This document shows positions 56,486-64,000 of a stretch of DNA of 64,000 bases, in pieces. Positions within the stretch are counted from its first letter, which is position 1. Each line of letters starts with the position of its first letter. Below the pieces are notes generated by a model. It saw only the letters and a list, made by a program, of their open reading frames with translations, had not been told where the DNA came from and ran no database searches. The stretch is from positions 393,152 to 457,151 of the forward strand of contig CAZOVJ010000001.1 of assembly GCA_964583685.1 (NCBI GenBank), given 5' to 3'. The position numbers and the translations under genes are program-made. This DNA is from an uncultured Gammaproteobacteria bacterium (GTDB taxonomy: Bacteria > Patescibacteriota > Microgenomatia > UBA8517).

Positions 56486-57484
56486 CTAAGGTGTACAAAT
56501 TAGGGTGAGAAGGCGAGCAAAGAGCCAGCCAAGAACAATTGTTATTGGTAAAGTTAAAACCCAAGAAAGAATAATATCAAGAACAATCCCCCAGCGCACA
56601 CTTGAAAATCGCCGTGCTGCACCGGAGCCGACAATAGAAGAGGTAATAGTATGGGTTGTGGACACAGGAATACCAAAAACAGAAGCCAACTGCAATACAC
56701 TGGCAGCAGAAATTTCCGCAGTAAAACCCTGCTCAGGAACTAAAGGAGCAATTTTCATACCCAGAGTTTTAATAATTCTCCACCCTCCGTAAGCAACACC
56801 TAAACCAGCCGCTAAACCAACGGTTAAAATAACCCACAAGGGTACTGTTATTTCCTCCCAACCAAAATAAAGGGCTAAAATCATTACTAAAATGCCCATT
56901 GGTTTTTGGGCATCGTTACGACCGTGGCTAAATGCCATAAAAGCAGACGATGCTATTTGTAAGTTCTTAAATAACAAAGCCGCCTTGCGGGCAGGAGCAG
57001 AGTGGAATAAATAATAAATAATTTTCATCAACAAAGCTCCAGCCAAAAATCCTAATAATGGTGAAAGAATAATGGCAATTAAAACTTTTGTTAAACCTGA
57101 CCAAAGAATTACTTTTACACCGACTGTGGCTGTCGCTGCGCCGACAACTGCTCCAATCAAACCATGGGTTTCACTAACTGGTATACCAAAATAATAGGTA
57201 AATAAACTCCAAGTCATTGTTCCCAAGAGTGCGGCTAGAACAACAGGTAGGGAAATCAGGTCTAAAATTACAATCCCCTTGCCAATGGTCAAGGCGACAG
57301 CCGTGCCAGTTAGGGCGCCAACTATCTCTAAAATCCCGGCCATTATAATGGCAAAAGTGGGCGAAAGTGCTCGTGAACCAATTGAAGTAGCAATAGCATT
57401 GGCCGCGTCAGTAAAACCACTAACAAAAGCATAAATATAGGAAAAGGAAATAACCAATAATAGCAAAACTATGGAGTGCTCCAT
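56486..57484 (-). CDS. pit: Inorganic phosphate transporter, PiT family
   Basis: Duplicated signature GFTDAANAIATSIGSRAL and HGRNDAQKPMG. About 10 TM helices. Confidence 0.8.
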   Translation of the reverse strand: MEHSIVLLLLVISFSYIYAFVSGFTDAANAIATSIGSRALSPTFAIIMAGILEIVGALTGTAVALTIGKGIVILDLISLPVVLAALLGTMTWSLFTYYFGIPVSETHGLIGAVVGAATATVGVKVILWSGLTKVLIAIILSPLLGFLAGALLMKIIYYLFHSAPARKAALLFKNLQIASSAFMAFSHGRNDAQKPMGILVMILALYFGWEEITVPLWVILTVGLAAGLGVAYGGWRIIKTLGMKIAPLVPEQGFTAEISAASVLQLASVFGIPVSTTHTITSSIVGSGAARRFSSVRWGIVLDIILSWVLTLPITIVLGWLFARLLTLICTP

Positions 57485-57487
57485 GAA

Positions 57488-58147
57488 CTATTTATATTTA
57501 ATCCTCAATCTCTCTAAAAGAATGGCATCCGCTTCACATATATCAAGGGTATCTTCCAGGGTATGGATAATTTCCTTCCATTTCATAATTGACATAAAAC
57601 CCTTTCCATCAAACATCGAGGTTCTTTCCCCCATCAAATTCTCCAAAGATTGCCTGTGCAGCTTGTCTCCCTCATCCTCCAAATCGTGCAATTTTTTGTA
57701 ACAAGAAGCAAAATCTTTTGAATCCATCTCATAATCCTTGACCATAACCATACCTTGGTGAATCAGCTCAGTCGCTTGCAAAATCAATTGGGAGAATTCT
57801 TTTAAGGCCGGATTGCTTTTAGTAATCCGGTAGATTTTAAGACGGTTTGTTACTTGCTCAAGGTTGTCGACTATATCATCTAGGGATTCTGTTAATTCTT
57901 TAATATCTTCTTTATCCAAGGGCAAGATAAATCTTTTTTCAATTTCATCAGTAATCTTGTGGACCATCTTATCTGCTTGGTCCTCCAATTTCTCAAATGC
58001 GAGGCTGTCTTTCTTCAGGTTTCTTAAATTAAAAACAATTTTCTGGAATAATTGGGCGGATTTTTTAACTATCAATGCCTGCTTTACCAGATCTTCAAAA
58101 ATTCTTGATTTCTTGGGTAAGAACATTCCCACGTTAGTGTAGCACAA
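57488..58147 (-). CDS. DUF47 (PhoU-like) phosphate transport regulator partner of PiT
   Basis: Helical protein of 219 aa immediately upstream of pit, the usual DUF47-PiT pairing. Confidence 0.65.
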   Translation of the reverse strand: MCYTNVGMFLPKKSRIFEDLVKQALIVKKSAQLFQKIVFNLRNLKKDSLAFEKLEDQADKMVHKITDEIEKRFILPLDKEDIKELTESLDDIVDNLEQVTNRLKIYRITKSNPALKEFSQLILQATELIHQGMVMVKDYEMDSKDFASCYKKLHDLEDEGDKLHRQSLENLMGERTSMFDGKGFMSIMKWKEIIHTLEDTLDICEADAILLERLRIKYK

Positions 58148-58169
58148 AAATTATAGTACAATAGGATTA
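58148..58169. promoter_or_regulatory. Very short (22-nt) divergent spacer between the DUF47-pit operon and trmD
   Basis: AGGA 5 nt upstream of the trmD ATG. The promoters must overlap the coding ends. Confidence 0.2.
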
Positions 58170-58880
58170 ATGAAAATAGATATTCTCACCCTTTTCCCCC
58201 AGATGTTTAAGGGACCCTTTGATGAATCAATCCTTCGGCGAGCTCAGGATAAAGGTTTGCTGGAAATTAATATCCATAATCTCCGGGATTGGGCTGTTGA
58301 CAAACACAAAAGCGTTGACGACAGACCATATGGAGGTGGGACAGGAATGGTACTAATGATCGAGCCAATATATAAAGCCCTCAAAAATATCCGATCACCA
58401 GTCACTAGTCACCGTTCACTGGTTATTCTCCTCACTCCCCAAGGTAAATTCTTTAACCAAAAAAAGGCACAAGAACTTTCCAAGCTTGAACATTTAATTT
58501 TAATTGCCGGCCATTACGAAGGTTTTGACGAAAGAATAAGACGACATTTGGTTGATGAGGAGCTCTCAATTGGTGATTATGTTTTGACTGGTGGAGAACT
58601 TCCGGCCATGGTTGTCAGCGACGCAATTGTCCGTCTCATTCCTGGAGTTCTCGAAAAACCCGAAGCTACCAAAAACGAGTCCTTTTCACCGACTACTGTT
58701 CACCCTTCACCGTTCACCGTTTTAGAATACCCCCAATACACTCGGCCGGAAACCTTCAAGGGCTGGAAAGTCCCGAAGATTCTTCTTTCCGGCAATCATC
58801 AGGAAATTGAAAAATGGAGAAAAGAAAAGGCAATCACCCGCACCAAATCCCAACGGCCAGACCTTTTAAGAGGTCTGTAA
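58170..58880 (+). CDS. trmD: tRNA (guanine37-N1)-methyltransferase TrmD, with two heptamer-repeat-derived loop insertions
   Basis: [13 protein letters not shown]...[12 protein letters not shown]...[12 protein letters not shown]...[16 protein letters not shown]...ILLSGNH matches TrmD throughout. Encoded outside the usual rpsP-rimM-trmD-rplS context. Confidence 0.9.
   Translation: MKIDILTLFPQMFKGPFDESILRRAQDKGLLEINIHNLRDWAVDKHKSVDDRPYGGGTGMVLMIEPIYKALKNIRSPVTSHRSLVILLTPQGKFFNQKKAQELSKLEHLILIAGHYEGFDERIRRHLVDEELSIGDYVLTGGELPAMVVSDAIVRLIPGVLEKPEATKNESFSPTTVHPSPFTVLEYPQYTRPETFKGWKVPKILLSGNHQEIEKWRKEKAITRTKSQRPDLLRGL
58394..58421. repeat. Degenerate heptamer tract (GTCACYR/TTCACTG, about 3-4 units) inside trmD
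   Basis: atcaccagtcactagtcaccgttcactg encodes SPVTSHRSL in a variable TrmD loop. Confidence 0.6.
58685..58719. repeat. Heptanucleotide tandem repeat (TTCACCG)x5 (one degenerate unit) inside trmD
   Basis: ttcaccgactactgttcacccttcaccgttcaccg encodes [12 protein letters not shown], an insertion relative to the common [15 protein letters not shown] TrmD segment. Confidence 0.9.
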
Positions 58881-59771
58881 TTGCCTTGCAAATTCATCGA
58901 CTGCTTTCTGCCAGGTTCTAAACTCTATTCCTAGGATCCTTTGCGTTTTTCCAGATTCCAATCCTCCAACTTTTGGTCGTGGAGTCCGACCCGGTTGTTC
59001 TAAATACTCTTTTACAGAACCCTTCTTAACCACTCTTTTTACACCCCTTGTCTTTTCCAAAAGATAATTTGCAAATTCATATGGGCTAGTAAGATTGCTG
59101 CTGGCAATATGATATACTCCAGATTTTCTTAGTCTCAATAATCTATGTAAACCTTCACATAGTTCATCAATAAAAGTCGGGGTTATTTTTTGATCAGCAA
59201 ACATTGGATAAAGTTCCCCTTTGTCAAAAAGTGTAAGGATATTCCGTGCAAAATCTGGCTTCCCGCTAAAATGGGCTCTGTAGGGATAGGAAATTCTGAC
59301 AATGGCAAAATTCCCACCAACCTTACTTATCTCCTTTTCAGCCATTAATTTCGTCCACCCATACCAACTAATTTTATCTGCACCTTCGACTAACTCTGAA
59401 TCTTCATTGTAAGGACCAGGACAATCTTCTGTGGCAGGAAATACGAAATCTGTTGAGATATAAACCAAAAAGCCATTTTTTCTCTTAGCGACCAATTTTG
59501 CTAGATTCCTAGTTCCCTCCACGTTCACTTTCCAAACATTCCCCTTTTCATCTCCTCTTTCCCTTTCGGCAAGATCCACATTGGTAAAGGCTGCAAAATG
59601 CACAACAATCGCCGGTTTCATGTCATTAAAGAATTCTCGCAAGGCCTCTTCATTTCTAATATCCAATTCGCCAATCTCTGGAGAAAGTGGTTCATACTTT
59701 TCAGGAAGAGTTTCTAAAAAGCGAGAACCAACCAAACCTGCAGACCCCGTAATGTAAATTTTCTTTTTCAT
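58866..59771 (-). CDS. rmlD: dTDP-4-dehydrorhamnose reductase
   Basis: [12 protein letters not shown] Rossmann motif and YGWTK catalytic motif. About 300 aa. Confidence 0.8.
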   Translation of the reverse strand: MKKKIYITGSAGLVGSRFLETLPEKYEPLSPEIGELDIRNEEALREFFNDMKPAIVVHFAAFTNVDLAERERGDEKGNVWKVNVEGTRNLAKLVAKRKNGFLVYISTDFVFPATEDCPGPYNEDSELVEGADKISWYGWTKLMAEKEISKVGGNFAIVRISYPYRAHFSGKPDFARNILTLFDKGELYPMFADQKITPTFIDELCEGLHRLLRLRKSGVYHIASSNLTSPYEFANYLLEKTRGVKRVVKKGSVKEYLEQPGRTPRPKVGGLESGKTQRILGIEFRTWQKAVDEFARQLQTS

Positions 59772-60334
59772 TTGTTTTCAAATTTTCCTGGAAATAGTTC
59801 TCTAAGCGTTGAGTTTTCTCTATCTCTTTCCGAAAGAGTGGGGCTTTTTATGGGCCAGTTTATATTTAAGTCCGGGTCATTCCAGGCGACTGCGCGTGTA
59901 TCTTTACCATCATAATAAGCATCAACTAAGTAGACATAATGAACTGGCTGGTCGCCTACAACACAAATAGAGTTTGCCAAGCCCTTGGGAATAAAAAGTG
60001 CTTTTGGATCAACTTCGTCAAGCTCAAATGTCTCAACCTTTCCAAAAGTGTCCGAATCGGGTCTTATATCAACAATTGCGGCAAACATTTTCCCTGTAAT
60101 AGGGTAAACCAACTTGTTCCAATCTTCTGCATGTAGAGCTCTGATAACTCCTGGCATTGAAAGTGAGTGATTCCATTGCACGGGCTTAAAATCTATACCA
60201 CTAACCTCTTTCAGTTCTCTATGTCTGAAAACCTCCCTGAAAAATCCCCTGTCATCTGGATAAGTCGGCCTTTCAATAACTAGAAGTCCAGGAATGGAGG
60301 TAGTTTTTATATAGTCACTTTTTTGCTTTTTCAT
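59768..60334 (-). CDS. rmlC: dTDP-4-dehydrorhamnose 3,5-epimerase
   Basis: Cupin with RGFFREVF...NHSLSMPGVIRALH. 188 aa. Confidence 0.8.
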   Translation of the reverse strand: MKKQKSDYIKTTSIPGLLVIERPTYPDDRGFFREVFRHRELKEVSGIDFKPVQWNHSLSMPGVIRALHAEDWNKLVYPITGKMFAAIVDIRPDSDTFGKVETFELDEVDPKALFIPKGLANSICVVGDQPVHYVYLVDAYYDGKDTRAVAWNDPDLNINWPIKSPTLSERDRENSTLRELFPGKFENK

Positions 60335-61319
60335 AAAACTTCTCAGCCTTCTTCTTCAAAGGCCGCCACCATTGTTCACTGTCTTTATACCAATTAACAG
60401 TCTTTTCAAGCCAGATATCAAAATCATATTTAGGCTTCCAGCTAAGTTCTCTCTTGATTTTACCCCAATTGACCGCATAGCGCCTGTCATGACCCGGCCT
60501 GTCTTTAACAAACTTTAGATAAGATTGATCTTTGGCAAAAATCGCTAATAATTTCTTGGCAATTTGCAAATTATCAATATCTTTTGTTAACCCACCAACT
60601 AAATAAGTTTCCCCAGTTTTCCCTTTTTTCAAAACCAAATCAATTGCTCGACAATGATCTTCCACATATAGCCAATCACGAACATATCTCCCATCACCAT
60701 AAATTGGGAGTTTTTTATCATCTATCAAATTAGTAATCATTCGGGGAATAAACTTTTCTGGATCCTGATGAGGGCCGAAATTATTTGAACAATTGCTAAT
60801 GGTTATCGCTAAACCATATGTTTCATGATAGGCCCGAACCAAATGGTCTGAAGCTGCCTTGGAAGCAGCATAGGGACTGCGCGGGGCATAAGAAGTCTTT
60901 TCATCAAATTTCTTTTCTGAATGCAAGGGAAGCGAGCCAAAACATTCATCAGTACTAACATGATGAAATCTTCTGACTTTATGTTTGAGGGCAGCATCCA
61001 TCAGAACCTGGGTTCCAATAACATTGGTCATCATAAAAATTTGTGGACCGACAATGGAGCGGTCTACATGGCTTTCGGCAGCGAAGTGGACAACATAATC
61101 AACATTCTTCATGGCCTTATTAACAACCTTTGGATTGCAAATATCACCCTTAATAAATTTGTAATTTTTATTATTAGAAAAATCTTTAGTTGAAGAAAGA
61201 TGGCCGGCATAAGTTAATTTGTCTAAGTTAACAATTCTGTCACTCGGATACTTCTTAAACCAATAGCGAATGAAGTTCGAGCCAATAAAGCCTGCCCCCC
61301 CTGTAACTAAAAGTTTCAT
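60315..61319 (-). CDS. rmlB: dTDP-glucose 4,6-dehydratase
   Basis: MKLLVTGGAGFIGSNF and YAASKAASDHLVRAY (YxxxK). Confidence 0.85.
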   Translation of the reverse strand: MKLLVTGGAGFIGSNFIRYWFKKYPSDRIVNLDKLTYAGHLSSTKDFSNNKNYKFIKGDICNPKVVNKAMKNVDYVVHFAAESHVDRSIVGPQIFMMTNVIGTQVLMDAALKHKVRRFHHVSTDECFGSLPLHSEKKFDEKTSYAPRSPYAASKAASDHLVRAYHETYGLAITISNCSNNFGPHQDPEKFIPRMITNLIDDKKLPIYGDGRYVRDWLYVEDHCRAIDLVLKKGKTGETYLVGGLTKDIDNLQIAKKLLAIFAKDQSYLKFVKDRPGHDRRYAVNWGKIKRELSWKPKYDFDIWLEKTVNWYKDSEQWWRPLKKKAEKFYEKAKK

Positions 61320-61321
61320 TT

Positions 61322-62038
61322 TTACTTCCGGGCTTTTTTAGCCCAGTGTTTATTTACCTCAAGCAGGCTCTCAAAAGTCCCGGCATCGCTCCAAAAACCC
61401 TTAAGAAGAGTCCAATTAAGCTTGCCTTCTTTTAAATAAAGATTATTTAAATCTGTTACCTCTAACTCTCCGCGTCTAGAAGGTTTAAGTTTTTTTATCT
61501 TGTCAAAAACTGTCTTGTCATAAACGTAAAGACCTGTAACAGCATAGTCTGACTTTGGTTTTTTAGGTTTTTCTTCAATTCTGATTATCTTTTTTCTGAT
61601 GTTAAAAACAGGAACTCCAAAACGCTCAGGGTCTGATACTTCTTTAAGAAAAACAAGAGATCCCCCCTCAAAAGACTGAACTTGTTTCTGGATATCGGCG
61701 TCAGTGCAGTTGTCACCCAGGATTGCACAAATTGAACCTTCGTCCGAAAAATCTTTAGCCAGATACAGGGCATCAGAAATACCACCGTCATTCTCCTGAT
61801 AAGCATATTCCAAATGTTTAACTCCAAGCTCCTCCCCGTTTTTTAAGACACGAACAAAATGGCCGGCATAAGGTCCTCCAACAACAACTAAAATTTCTTT
61901 AATACCCGCCTTGACTAGGGTTTGAATGGGATAAAAAATCATTGGTTTGTTATAAACCGGAAGAAGATGTTTATTGGTAGCAAAAGTTAGAGGATAAAGG
62001 CGGCTACCCAATCCGCCAGCTAAAACTACTCCTTTCAT
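61322..62038 (-). CDS. rmlA: Glucose-1-phosphate thymidylyltransferase (short form); start trimmed to MKGVVLAGG
   Basis: GVVLAGGLGSRLYPLT nucleotidyltransferase motif. The ORF-track start at 62128 would overlap the upstream gene. Confidence 0.75.
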   Translation of the reverse strand: MKGVVLAGGLGSRLYPLTFATNKHLLPVYNKPMIFYPIQTLVKAGIKEILVVVGGPYAGHFVRVLKNGEELGVKHLEYAYQENDGGISDALYLAKDFSDEGSICAILGDNCTDADIQKQVQSFEGGSLVFLKEVSDPERFGVPVFNIRKKIIRIEEKPKKPKSDYAVTGLYVYDKTVFDKIKKLKPSRRGELEVTDLNNLYLKEGKLNWTLLKGFWSDAGTFESLLEVNKHWAKKARK

Positions 62039-62060
62039 ACTATAAAAGATTATATCAAAC

Positions 62061-62564
62061 TTAGGCGTGCTTGTCCGCCACCGATGAAGCTCCCCAAGAA
62101 TCCGGCTTGGTTTTGGCCACAAAACCATTTCCGTTGACCATACCCACTACCTCACGAATCATTTCTCGAGTAGAGCCAAAAGGGCCAACGTCAATGTGGA
62201 TTTCCAAATCGTATTTGGCTGGGGTAATTGCCTGCCTCAATTTGGGAACAAATTCTTCAGCCGTATCTAAAGACCTTAAAGTCTCAAGATATATTTTTTC
62301 TCGCAGCCTGGGTACTTTTTTAATCTTTTCCTTTCTCCAAAAATAACGAGCTCCCCGGCCTTTCCTATGAATGACGACTGCCGTTACAAAATCAGTCTCA
62401 GACCGACCATTGATTCTTCTCACCTGAGAATCTGTACCAATAACCAATCTATAGAAACTACTTGGTTCTTCATCTACAAATTTAGAAATCTCTTCTATCA
62501 TCCGAGAAGAACTCAAAAAACCCTGAGACGGGCTGCAAAATTGCTTATTCACGGTCTTTTTCAC
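62061..62564 (-). CDS. YkuK/DUF458-like RNase H-fold protein (tentative)
   Basis: VIGTDSQ...TAVVIHRKGRGARYF resembles the YkuK family. Start may be the internal Met. Confidence 0.4.
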   Translation of the reverse strand: MKKTVNKQFCSPSQGFLSSSRMIEEISKFVDEEPSSFYRLVIGTDSQVRRINGRSETDFVTAVVIHRKGRGARYFWRKEKIKKVPRLREKIYLETLRSLDTAEEFVPKLRQAITPAKYDLEIHIDVGPFGSTREMIREVVGMVNGNGFVAKTKPDSWGASSVADKHA

Positions 62565-62617
62565 GCCTAAATTATACCTCTAAAAACCAACTAAATCAAA
62601 CACGTTTTTACAAACAC

Positions 62618-62878
62618 TCAAGCACTAAAAATCAAAGAAAAAACAACCACCAAGCCCAAAGCGGCCACGAGGATATATTCAATCAGTACAGCTAAACAAA
62701 AATCTCTACGGATCAGGTGGTGGATTATACCCCAGGTAACATAGGCTATGGCTAGAGCTATGGCTACGGCTATTTGAAAAGCTCTGTCATAGGAAAAAAA
62801 CCAAAAAGCAATTACTCCGGCCAAAAGTATACCCAAAAGAGCCAAATAATGAGGTAATTGTTTTGCTATGTGCTTCAT
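62618..62878 (-). CDS. Small 2-3 TM membrane protein
   Basis: 86-aa hydrophobic ORF in an operon with the CAP-domain gene. Contains a hexanucleotide-repeat-encoded AIAVAIALAIAY helix. Confidence 0.5.
   Translation of the reverse strand: MKHIAKQLPHYLALLGILLAGVIAFWFFSYDRAFQIAVAIALAIAYVTWGIIHHLIRRDFCLAVLIEYILVAALGLVVVFSLIFSA
62742..62771. repeat. Hexanucleotide repeat (YRGCTA)x5 encoding the (A-I/V/L) dipeptide repeat AIAVAIALAIAY
   Basis: Read directly, inside 62618..62878. Confidence 0.7.
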
Positions 62879-63765
62879 AAAATTCTTCCTGCTTTAGCCA
62901 ATAAAACTATTGCCAAAATCATGCCCAAAAAGGCCAAATGAGCCAATGAACGCCCAGCAACTCTACTTATCCTTCGCTTGTGAACAATCAAAGCATCAAT
63001 AATTATGACTGTAAACAATAAGCCAACCAATCCTAGAAAGAAAACTTGACTAATCTTAAGGGGTGAAACAACTATTTTTTCTTTGGCAATTAGAGAACTA
63101 ATCCGCGGCTGTTTTTCTTGAACAGGACTAACCTTCTGAGAAGGAGGTTTGACTGGTGTTTCGCTAGAAACAATGGGGGCAATGGCTGCTTTATCGCTAA
63201 ACTCGCTGCCAAAAAACTGGACAATCAAAGTTGTTTCAACTCCGTTTAAATCTCCCTCTATTACCGCTACTCCAATTTCCTTATATTTTGAAGAAAGTAG
63301 ATTTTCCCGATGGGTGGTGGAGGCCATCCAGGCATCAATGATAGAGTTGGGATTTGAAAAATCTCGAGCTAAATTCTCGCCGGCAAAATGATATTGATAG
63401 CCAGCGTTAAGAAAAAACTTCCAGGGCTCGGTCCCGTCAGGAGCTACATGGGCCCAATAATTTTTGTTTAACATATCAGTAGCCTTGGCCAAAGCTGCCT
63501 GAGACAAAACCGGATTTATCTTAAGAGAAGCCACACCGGTGGCTAATCTTCTCTCGTTGGTTAGCCTAACTACCTCTCCAGGAGAAATATTGGCACTATA
63601 ACCCAATATTCGGATTCCTAAAGAAGGCAGAAATCCAATTACAACCTGATAGCAAAGAATGACGCCAACTAAAAGAAAGAGACTTGATGAATGTAAAATC
63701 TTTGCCCGCTGATTATTGGATTCTCTAGGAGAAAATAGATGCAGTAAATTATGGGCAAGTTCCAT
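62875..63765 (-). CDS. CAP/SCP (PR-1/YkwD-like) domain protein with N- and C-terminal TM anchors
   Basis: NYWAHVAPDG...GENLA...WMASTTHRENLLSSKYKEIGVAV CAP signature, with hydrophobic segments at both ends. Confidence 0.7.
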   Translation of the reverse strand: MELAHNLLHLFSPRESNNQRAKILHSSSLFLLVGVILCYQVVIGFLPSLGIRILGYSANISPGEVVRLTNERRLATGVASLKINPVLSQAALAKATDMLNKNYWAHVAPDGTEPWKFFLNAGYQYHFAGENLARDFSNPNSIIDAWMASTTHRENLLSSKYKEIGVAVIEGDLNGVETTLIVQFFGSEFSDKAAIAPIVSSETPVKPPSQKVSPVQEKQPRISSLIAKEKIVVSPLKISQVFFLGLVGLLFTVIIIDALIVHKRRISRVAGRSLAHLAFLGMILAIVLLAKAGRIL

Positions 63766-63798
63766 TCATTTCATCTTAACTTCCAGCAGCCGGGGAAT

Positions 63799-64000
63799 CA
63801 ACTAAGGAAAGAAGAAAGTCTGGCAAGAAAAGAACGGATATTTCGTGATTTGAGGCTAAAAAGTCCTTGATGGCGAGAGAAAATTAGGGCCAGCTTTTTT
63901 CTTTTTTCAAAACCTTTTGTTACTAGATAAGCTGCTATAAGCCCAACCAAGAGAAATCTTAGTTTTTCTTCCAGAGTCAGACCCTGACTAACAATAGCTC
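63799..64000 (-). CDS. C-terminal 66 codons of an unidentified CDS entering from the right edge
   Basis: Minus-strand frame is open from position 64000 to the stop at 63799-63801 (...LVGLIAAYLVTKGFEKRKK...). Confidence 0.25.

Noticed and set aside
1-64000. tRNA, rRNA, transposase, integrase or phage genes
   Set aside because: None recognised. Intergenic space is minimal, and the only sizeable non-coding stretches (25100-25347, 25714-25813) show no tRNA-like cloverleaf signatures by eye.

Overview
Window of about 64 kb, low GC (roughly 35-40% by eye), gene-dense, mostly long minus-strand operons with ATGA or short start/stop overlaps and SD-like sites. It is dominated by a very large glycosylation supercluster. 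About 24 polytopic membrane proteins are present, most with GT-C hallmarks: 7 ArnT/PMT-like paralogs sharing a DEAxxGYNAYSxLKTGKDE loop motif, 4 'RD-motif' paralogs of about 500 aa, and 4 YfhO-like proteins (one of 810 aa and three tandem 'HDDLQ' paralogs of about 550 aa that share its C-terminal YFPGWK motif), plus several singletons. Interleaved with these are about 12 small GT2 (DPM1 / polyprenol-phosphate sugar synthase-like) enzymes, a GT4, a SAM methyltransferase, a Wzx-like flippase, a GT2-GtrA fusion and a complete rmlABCD dTDP-rhamnose operon. Other genes: nrnA (DHH/DHHA1), a MacAB-like ABC exporter with HlyD adaptor, a DUF47-PiT phosphate module, an orphan trmD, a YkuK-like protein, a CAP-domain protein, an orphan DUF35-like Zn-ribbon ORF, and a truncated GT4 at the left edge. 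Most unusual features: several families of heptanucleotide tandem repeats sit in frame inside CDSs (including two loops of trmD) and at gene junctions, and a GC-elevated island of about 0.7 kb carries a small 3-TM ORF and a strong hairpin. No rRNA, tRNA, CRISPR, transposase or phage genes recognised. Gene content and organisation suggest a small-genome uncultivated bacterium (CPR/Patescibacteria-like); that is inference only.
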